From Eledone cirrhosa (Eukaryota), in NCBI GenBank assembly GCA_964016885.1, contig OZ024742.1:273606001-273670000 (forward strand): a stretch of DNA of 64,000 nucleotides, in the 5' to 3' direction. Below the pieces are notes generated by a model. It did not search any database. It worked only from the letters and a program-made list of their open reading frames with translations, and had not been told where the DNA came from. Of this stretch, positions 54,716 to 64,000 are shown piece after piece. The stretch's first letter is position 1. Each line of letters starts with the position of its first letter. The translations under genes and the position numbers were made by a program.

Positions 54716-54762
54716 TGCCTTGATAAGTCCCACCATGGGGTCGGACGAAACGGCTGTCGGCA
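54716..54762 (+). ncRNA. Type-I hammerhead ribozyme, U3:A8 core variant
   Basis: TGCC-TTGATAA-GTCC..GGAC-GAAA-CGGCTG-TC-GGCA, directly followed by AATAAA. Confidence 0.78.
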
Positions 54763-54806
54763 ATAAACTTGTTATAATGTCATAATAGTTCCTTTGTTCT
54801 TTTTCA

Positions 54807-54867
<61 letters not shown>

Positions 54868-54892
54868 ATGTGTGTGTGTGTGTGTGTGTGTA

Positions 54893-57085
54893 TGAAACAC
54901 GTTTTTGAATTTGTTTCGCAAGAATTCTTATCTAAAAGCGTGTGTTGAAACAGATATTGTTATACTTTTTTTTTTGGGGGGGGGGTCATGTTGCCAATAG
55001 TGATCCAGTAACTAGACAACCAACACGGCCAATCTGTGGGGCTAACATTGCTAGCAACAGTAGTCTCTCATACTTCTTCACACTGAGTATACGCCTATCC
55101 ATCAATGTTGATTTTGCTGGTGAAAAATGCATGGAAAGGATCAGCGAGAAGGATGTGGAATTATGTGGGATTGATGCCAGTTAGCCTGAACGCCTACTTA
55201 AACTCATATACAATAAGGAATACATATACATAAACACAGCATCCTCTGCTCCGCAAGCCCAGGAAGCGGCAGACCACCCACCATTAGCTCAATGGACAAG
55301 AATACCCACACAGAAAGAAGGAGCGGGTGGACCAGAACCTTACGGAACCCCGAAAACCATGACGAATTAAAGACAATTATCGCACATGTGGTGGGGGCCA
55401 GTAAACATCTAACCCTTAAGGAACTTATGTTTAAATTTAATGGCAAAACATATCTCCAAGAGGAGGGAGCAGCCATTGGCGTTCGTTTTGCAGGTGACAG
55501 CTAATCTCTTTATGGAATGGTTTGACAGAAGACTTAAGGAACAATTAGACGACAATTTTATACTCGTGACCATGTACTCCCACTACGTAGATGACATAAA
55601 TATCGTACTAAACCACTCCGATAGGAGAACAGTCAGGAATTATAGAAGAACACCATAAAAAGATCCAACAAATAGCTAACTCCGTCCACCAGATTATTAA
55701 AGTTACTATAGCCTACCCAAATAAACACCATTAACCGTACTAGGCACAGATCTCTGATTGGAAACTATTAGTAATAGAACGCCAATCCTCCATTAGCATT
55801 AAGCCAAACCCATGACCTCTAAATACCTGATCCACAGAAACTCAGCTGTTTCGGACCACATAAAAATCAACATACTGATTGTGGACTTAGTAAGAGTGAT
55901 GAGGAAGGTGTCCCACATGTACAACCCCAGACAATTGGAAATACAGATACAACACTTCATCTGCCGCATGCAGTACTCTAGCTACAATCGGAGAGACAAG
56001 ATCAGTGTATATAAAGAAGCTAGAACCAAATGGGCAAAGATGATAGTTAATGATGCGAATGAAACTTGCCCAATCTATAGGAGCACGTTTTCGAAGAGAA
56101 TAGAAAGGATTAGGTATAAGGCAAATAAAATCAACTCATTGTATGATAGCAGTAAATACCAGAGTGTGATGTTGGTCAATACAACCACGAGAGGCGAACT
56201 AGCTTATAGATTTTGAAGGGCCCAAGACAAGTTCAAATTAAATATCAAGACCAGGTACTCCCATAAAAGCCTAATTAGCAAATATACCCATTTCAAAGAT
56301 CCCCTTGTGTTGATAGGAAATGCATAGTCTGCAAGCTAAGCCCACAAATTAACTGCAAAACCAGGAACGTGGTATATAGCATAAGTTGAACTGAGGAAGA
56401 GTGTAGGAATAAGAATATTACATACATAAGTGAACCAGCACTTAGCATAGAAGAAAGGATAAGTGAACACTGGTTAGAACACCAGGATGGGAAAAACTCA
56501 CCAGTACTCAACTAACATGCCAAAATAGAACATAGGGTTCCATTAGATAACTTAGAGATACAAAATATATCCACAGACAGAAAAGATACAATGCTCAGAC
56601 AAATCACTGAGGTAACAAATATTAAGGAACTCCGACAAAAATTAAACAGAAAACATGAGAGGAATAGCAACATCACAAATAGTAATTAAGGACAAAATGA
56701 AGACATACAGACATGTACAAAAAACAAACTCACAAAACAAATCAGACACGCATAGATAGAACATACAACCAACTAGTGACAAAGAAAAATACAGAAATAA
56801 ATTAATAAAACCACACACACACACCCGGATGTAACCCATGCACAAACTAAGCACACAACAAACAAAACACCAAAACAATATGGACAGAACAAAGGAGTGA
56901 CACAAAAAATAAAGACCTAATAACTGAGGCGGTGACAGAATGTGTGAGGAAAGAGCTTAGACAATATATAATTAATCTTGGGTTATCGAACCAGACAACC
57001 AGCCAACCGCAAATTTATAATAAAGTGAAGTGAAAAGCAACAGGTGCGTGTGTTTTTTATTGGCAACATGACCCTCCCGAAGTAT

Positions 57086-57090
<5 letters not shown>
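54893..57090 (+). mobile_element. Decayed PLE with inverted termini
   Basis: YLQEEGAAIG, HYVDDINIV, KPMTSKYLIHRNSA, CIVC..NCKTRNVVYSI. TTGTTATACT..GGGTCATGTTGCCAATA (54957-54999) is inverted at 57058-57090. Confidence 0.85.
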
Positions 57091-57123
<33 letters not shown>

Positions 57124-57163
57124 AAAATATAAAACAATCAAATGTTAGCTTAATACATATAAT

Positions 57164-57210
57164 TGCTGACTATAGTTTCTTCCAGACAACTGTCTGGAAT
57201 CATAGTAGCA
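57164..57210 (-). ncRNA. Degenerate hammerhead (core damaged)
   Basis: Minus strand TGCT-ACTATGA-TTCCAGACA-gt-TGTCTGGAA-GAAA-CTATAG-TC-AGCA. The helices and GUC are intact but CUGAUGA is altered. Confidence 0.55.
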
Positions 57211-58159
57211 TGCACAATGTTTAAACAAGTAATTATAATCCTACTCCACGGAACATTCATAAATGTACATTACCATTGACAGTGTCAGTGACATCATATA
57301 GAAAAGTAAGAGTGACAAAATGATATTATGTTATATAGATATCAAAGTATTAGGAGCTGTTGTGAAGAGCTTATTAAACAAAGTGAAAATAGTGAGCATA
57401 TTATATAGAATGTTATTCATTAAGTTAATTCAGGTGCCAAAATATATGATGCAAACATGTTACAGAAGAAAGATAAAAGATATCATTGCATTGATAAGTG
57501 TAATAGTAAGGGTATATGATGCAAAATATATATATAATATTAATAAAAGCCTGCGTGAGGTAAAAATTAGAACATAAATATATCAAACTTATTACATACA
57601 GAATGGTAAGGAATGTTTAAAATGTTAAACATGTTAAAAATGGCATGCATTATGGTAAAAAATACGTAATGATAATATGAATAAATGAACAAATAATATA
57701 AGCAAAATAAGATAAGTTAGTATCATTCAAAAATGTTTATATTTGAGTTAATGTAGAAATGTTTATGCTGGGTGTAAGGCAAAGTCTCAATATTTGGAAT
57801 GTTTTTATTTATAGTTGTATTGTATGTGAAATAGATATAGTTTAAATATATGTATGAAGTAAATATTAATTCCACTATTTTTGTTGCCATGTCAATATAC
57901 GTATTACAAAGATATTATATAATACATTCCTCTTTTTAGATTCTCTATTACGGATTATTTCACGTTCCTGTCTGAGTGAGTTCTATTTAGAATTAATTCA
58001 CGAAGTCTAAAGATAATAATATTTTGTTACATACTTACAACGGTAAGAATTTAAAAATAAGAAAAAGAATATTCATAAGGGGAGTTAATAACAAAAGGGA
58101 AGTAATTAAGGAAGTATTAGAGGTTTACAGTGGATACAAACTTTGTTTTTATAGAATTA

Positions 58160-59083
58160 CTAGCATTAAAGCCCGGCGTTGCTCGGGGTCAGTAATTTAC
58201 CAAAGTTAGGTTGCACCACCCATTTTATGGCAGAACCTTTTTGTCTGTCAGGCACTGGGTGAATGAATTGCAGACCTGACAATTGTAGTTTCGCCTATGG
58301 ATATTATCTCTGTGCAAAGAAGTGTTGACATTTATTGTTTCACAGTACTTGCGCAACACGCGCGTAGACGATGCCAGCCGAACAACAGAGCTGCGATAGA
58401 GTTGTTCTGCATGGTTGTCTAATGTGTGTTTTCTAAATTTAAGATAGTAGGGAGGGGTGTGATATGGGGGAGAGTTAGCTGCTGTTTCTAGCAGGTTTAT
58501 TGACCTCATAGAGGATATGTTTTCTAAATTTAAGACAGTAGGAAGTGGTGTGATATGGGGGAGAGTTAGCTACTGTTTCTAGCAGGTTTAGTGACCTCAT
58601 AGAGGATATGTTTTCTAAATGTAAGACAGTAGTGAGCGGTGTGATAGCGGGGAGAGTTAGCTGCTGTTTCTAACAGGCTTAGTGACCTCATAGAGGATAT
58701 GTTTTCTAACTTTAAGACAGTAGTGAGTGGTGTGATATGGGGGGGGGGAGTTAGCTGCTGTTTCTAGCAAGTTTAGTGACCTCAGAGGATATGTTTTCTA
58801 AATTTAAGACAGTAGGGAGGGGTGTGATATTGGGGGAGAGTTAGCTGCTGTTTCTAGCAGGTTTAGAGACCTCATAGAGGATATTATTGTGTTTAGTAAA
58901 TAAACTGATATTTCTTTCTTCCACGTTCGTGGAGCGGTTTTAAAAAAGATGTATCGCTATTTTTTTGTTGTTGAATAAATGTAAATGTTGCTTTTGAATA
59001 ATTGTTGTTTTGTATGAAATGTAATAAGTTATCTTTGTTATTGAAATAAATAAATGTTTGACCGTTCCACACTCAAAAGCAAA

Positions 59084-59170
<87 letters not shown>

Positions 59171-59470
59171 TTCGGCGTTCCTAAAGGAAGTTTGTAAGCA
59201 TGTATGTAGTTTTATCGAATTTTAAGGGGAGTAGAGAGATGTTATCAGATTCTATTCGAGGGGTAAATTGTCATGTATTTAGTTGTATGGATTATTTCCA
59301 TAATTTTGGGTGAGTTTTAATGAAATAATCGTTCACCTAATTTAGACCATTTACAACATTCGTACAGAATTTGAATCGAAACGGTTTGAAATTGTGCAAA
59401 TGTATAAACATGGAACATGCACACACACACACACACACAACAACAATAATCTGCCTTTTATAGATAATGA
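58160..59470 (-). mobile_element. Non-autonomous Helitron with an internal tandem array
   Basis: Minus-strand 3' end CCCGAGCAACGCCGGG hairpin then CTAG|T; 5' TC..TCTATAAAAGGCAG. Confidence 0.8.
58427..58883. repeat. Tandem repeat, ~91-bp unit x5
   Basis: TGTTTTCTAA units start at about 58427, 58518, 58609, 58700 and 58792. Confidence 0.92.
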
Positions 59471-59619
59471 TATATAACTCATATATAGTTAAGGAATGTA
59501 ATTAAGGAAGTATTAGAGATTTACAGTGGTTATAAGCTTTGCTTTTATATAATTATATATAACTCATATATAAGTATAAATAACATTATTAGCCATATCT
59601 GCTCCTTTTTGTTGAGTTG

Positions 59620-62290
59620 GCGTATATCTCATCTAAAGTTACTTATGAATAGCTAATGATTAATAGTGTCAATCCCTTTATTAAAAGAGTAAGATGGAGG
59701 GCATTCCACTATGATAGGAACCGTGCTGATAAAAATCATGATTCACCCTGCTTTGAATAATACAGTTTCAAGTCATATAAAAGCCCACCACACAATACTT
59801 TACTAGACTCCTTTTAAAATAACCTAGTGACACTCGTTAAAAGAATTAAATACAGAAAACTGTTCAATAAGAAGAATACATTTTTAAATAACCTTAATTC
59901 CACTATCAAAAGCTTTAATAGAAATAAGAATATTCTAGTCCTTGCTGATAAAACTAAAAACATATATAGCCTAGATTATGAAACATATAGAAAATTAATA
60001 TATAATGAACTGCATAAAAACTACAAGAAAACCATTCATAAAAAACCTAGACGATATGAATATTGAAGCCCGTATATTAGTATGTAAAGTAGGACTAGAG
60101 AGATACACTCAACCTTACACCCCTAATCCCCAGGATTCTCTCTGAAAAACCATAAGGAAGACTTCAATACTATTCCCTCAATTAGACTAATTTGCCCTTC
60201 CAAATCTGACATTGGAATTATTAGCAAAAAAATATTAGATAAAATTATCCCCAAATTAGGCAAGAAATCCATCATTCCTTTGGGGAAACACTGGAGAAGT
60301 AATTGAATGGTTTAATAATATTAATGAAAGTAATAATAAGAAATATATCCAATTCGATATAGATTCATACCACACCTCTATTTCACCTACCCTTTTAAAC
60401 AAAGCACTAATAATGGCTATGAATGATAGAGACCTTACTAAATCCCAAGTAAATGTTATCTTTGCGGCCCGGAAATCCATAATTGTATTTGAAGATCAAT
60501 TATGGATCCGTAAAAATACACCTAACAACTTTGACATCACTATGGGGTCTAGTGACTCAGCACAAGTTACAGACTTTGTTGCTTTATATCTCTTAAACGA
60601 AATCTATAAGAATTTACCATACCTTAATGGCGGTTTCTATCGAGACGACGCAGCGTTCCTCTTAGACTTTAACAAATTTAATATAGAAAGAACTAGAACA
60701 CAATTGCATAACATATTTAAAAATTTCAACTTAGGTATCAACTTAGATAAAAATACCAAAAATGTTAGCTTCCTTGATGTCATTCTTTACTTAGATTCGA
60801 ACACATATGCGCCTTATCATAAACCGAATGAAAAACTATGTTATGTTGATACTAATTCTAACCACCCCAAATCTGTATTAAACTCAATCATTAAAGGGGG
60901 TATCTAGTAGAATAACTAATGTTTCTGATAATGAGACTATATTTAACCGTAACTCCCAATACGACAATGAAGCCTTAGCTCGCTCCGCCCATAGAGATAA
61001 AATTAAATTTACATTTAAAGAGTCATCTATTCATATCATAAACAATCTAATATTATTTCACATAATATGGCCATGAAATTAAACATACTCATAGTGTTGA
61101 GGAATCTAACTCCAGTACCGAGAGTATCAGCAAACTTAACTCGCACCATAATAAAAACCCTAAGAAAAACCATATAAAGAAACATTATGTTAAAAACAAA
61201 AATAAAAATAATACTATACCTAGTACCACACAAAATAATATAGTTATCAACCTTAATGACAATAACATAAATAAAAATAAAAATCATAAGAAGAATAGTA
61301 TAAGAATATTAATCCACCTTTCAACTTAAATGTCTCCACTAACATGCCTAAAGCTTTCTTCTCGATTATAGAAAAGAACTTCCCTATTAACAATAAATAC
61401 CATAACCTAATTAACAAAAATACTATCAAAATGTCTTACTCTACCACACCTAACATTGCGGACCATATAGCAAACAGTAACACGAGGAAGGTTAGTGAAT
61501 ACTTTAAATTACAGCAAGTTAATAATATCCAACATAGAAATAATCTTAATAATATTTCAGTACAGGACTATATTAAAAATAATAATAGTAATAATTGTTT
61601 CTACTTTTGGCACAAGGCCGGCAATTATCCCAGTGCATTACTGGTACTTTATTTTATCGACCCCGTAAGGATGAAAGGCAAAGTTAACCTCGGCGGGATT
61701 TAAACTCAGATCATAAAGGGAAGTAACTTTATGCTTCAAAGCATGGCGCCCGACCCTCTAACGATAATGCCAGTAATAATATCAATAATAATGGCATTAA
61801 TATTTATGATAATCTTAATACTCGAAGTATCAACAGCAGTAACCGAACAACCTCACACACCCCTTAACCAATATACTATTAACCACAACAATAGTAATTG
61901 TAAACCTAATAGAACTTGGCCATTAGGGAATAATTACCTTATTAAACACATTAGCTACTCCTGTACTGTCGCTACTCATCAAATTTCGAAAGTTTCTATA
62001 GGTTCAACCTCGAATAGCTTGAAGACAGGATGTAATTCACAGCCGAACTCGTTTAGAAACCCTAAACTTAGTAACGCTACTTCACTATCTCACTACATAC
62101 ACCCACTAAAAAGAAGTAACGTACCATATACTCTAGAATGGGAAGTCCTAGAGTCTCGCACTATTATTTATTCAAATGTCAATCAACTAAATAAAAAATC
62201 AAATATGTTCTCCACGTGTCCACATTATTACCGATATTCTTTCCAATATTACAAACCCAATAGCTAATCTATAACAATGTCAGATCCATT
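59620..62290 (+). pseudogene. Near full-length decayed PLE ORF (RT + GIY-YIG), interrupted by a SINE
   Basis: [86 protein letters not shown]. Confidence 0.9.
61596..61771 (-). mobile_element. SINE, 9-bp TSD
   Basis: AGTAATAAT at 61587 and 61772. Confidence 0.9.
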
Positions 62291-62556
62291 CCCATATTAC
62301 AACTACCTTTAAGTTTAATCCATTTGTATATTGTAATTATATAACTAACCCCCCCCCCCGTACGTTTAATAAAACCTACCACCCTATATTCTATCTGATA
62401 TCCTTTTCTATTACTTAATTATCATAATATTACCATAACATATATACATTAATAAACTCCATCTTCTATCTCATATCAAATACAAATCATATATATATCT
62501 TAATAACCATATAAAGAATAAAGAAACACTTCATGCACTCTACTATGCTCTCCCTC

Positions 62557-63440
62557 CTATAGTATCATCCTTACTAGTAAATAAATATAAAACTCTTGTG
62601 GGTTTTTTCTTATTACTATATTAATATCATCTACGTAACGAGAGTACATGATGAGGTCTATGGAGTACTCTTCAAGGATTTCTCCTCTCCCACCATACCA
62701 TAAATAGATTAGCAACATCGCTAATGTGCTGACGCAATGCTGCTCCCTCATTCTGGATGTAGATATTTTCGTTAAATCAGCAAAATATTCTCTTTTACGA
62801 AAATCTACTGTACAAATAAGAAATGTGTTATATGGAAAATGAACCACCAGATAAAATATAAAATTAGAAATGTAGTTTATAGCATCAGATATACAGAGGG
62901 TACTTGCGGAAACATAACAAAGACATACATAGGTGTGGTAGGTCGAAGCATACGAGAAAAATAGATCAACAGAGGTGGAACTAAAAGGACAACAACGGTC
63001 AGTACTATACGAACACGCCAGTCAAAGATATAACGGTAGTATAGAAAACATAGAAATTAAAATAATATTGAACCATATAAATTAGTCAAAAGGTAGGCAA
63101 ATCAGCGAATCATCTGAAATAGAACTAAGAAGACCGAAGTTAAACAGAAAAAAACGAACGGAATAACAACAACCATACCCAAACAAACAATACTGACTTA
63201 AGGGAAATATAAATTAATAAATAAATATGTACACAAGTGCAATAACAACAAACACATATAATCACACAGTAGTGAACAGAGATAGAATACAAAAACAAAA
63301 ATACATACACTCACCAAACATCATACACACACGGAAACGCATGCGCAGATACAGAGACAAGAAGAACTAATAAATAAATAAAAATAAAATGGCTTAGACA
63401 TACACTACAATAAAATAAAATGGGAGGAAATATACGGACA
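62557..63440. mobile_element. Inverted/direct PLE fragments of the 54.9-57.1 kb family
   Basis: Minus strand MYSRYVDDINIV (62600-62660) is joined to plus strand NVVYSI..TYIG..GRSIRE and a 3' UTR. Confidence 0.75.
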
Positions 63441-64000
63441 GTTGCACCTCCTGGTCGGCTCTCCACTGCTATTTAGATTATTTCTTCCATCGGGGTTGAG
63501 TTTTTTGTTGTTAGAGGAGACGATGTTTTGTGCGAAGTTTGGTGTAGTGCTGTAAGAGAGTTTGATGGTATTTTTGTTAATTATGTTGTGGTAGCGGTGT
63601 TGTAGTGGGAGTGTTTTTCAATGAGCTTAAAGAATAGTTTCCCGATGGGAGTTGTCACCTCTGCGTTGTGGGGAGGATTGAACCATGTTACATTGCGTGA
63701 GCGGCGGTGTCTCCTGCTGGTTCCGCTAATGGGAGCTGGACAGTAGGTTATTTCCTCCCGGAAACCACTCCGCTTGAGGGCCTGGTTGTAATAAGGCGCA
63801 TGTTCATCGAATATCCGCTCATTAGCTGACAAACGGGATATGCGGAGGGAGATGTTTTTGACCAGGTTGTTGGTGATGTTCCTAGGATGGTTTGATCGGC
63901 GGTGGATGTAGTGCAGGTTGTCATTAGGTTTCCTGTATGGGTAGTACAGGTCGTTTTCGAGGTCGAGGGTCACGTCCAGGAAGTTTACTCGGGTCAGGGA
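63440..64000 (-). pseudogene. PLE RT C-terminal region, continues beyond the window
   Basis: VNFLDVTLDL..PYRKPND..SNHP..YNQALKRSG..RNVTWFNPP..IGKLFFKLIEKH; frameshift near 63600. Confidence 0.88.

Noticed and set aside
58427-58883. Regular repeats as a CRISPR array
   Set aside because: The units are contiguous tandem copies without unique spacers, in a eukaryotic context with no cas genes.

Overview
AT-rich animal genomic DNA with no supportable host gene. It is probably from an octopod cephalopod, inferred only from a recurrent tRNA-headed SINE with a Nin-type core. The window is a serial pile of mobile-element remnants separated by (TA)n, (CA)n, (GA)n and (CTA)n tracts. Penelope-like elements (PLEs; RT plus C-terminal GIY-YIG endonuclease) dominate, including one near-complete copy with direct pseudo-LTRs at about 9.7-14.1 kb. 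Also present are RTE, RTEX-like, Tx1/L1-like and CRE-like LINE relics, a non-coding LTR element, non-autonomous Helitrons and SINEs. The layer the ORF track misses is RNA structure. By eye I found 14 complete or near-complete minimal type-I hammerhead ribozyme motifs and several partial ones, on both strands and from many unrelated families. Most have a palindromic helix III, and two carry a compensatory U3:A8 core. Many sit in short fold-back elements, and in some the inversion point falls on a ribozyme helix. One 325-bp palindrome carries an intact hammerhead on each strand. Coordinates and pairings were read by eye, and ribozyme activity is untested.
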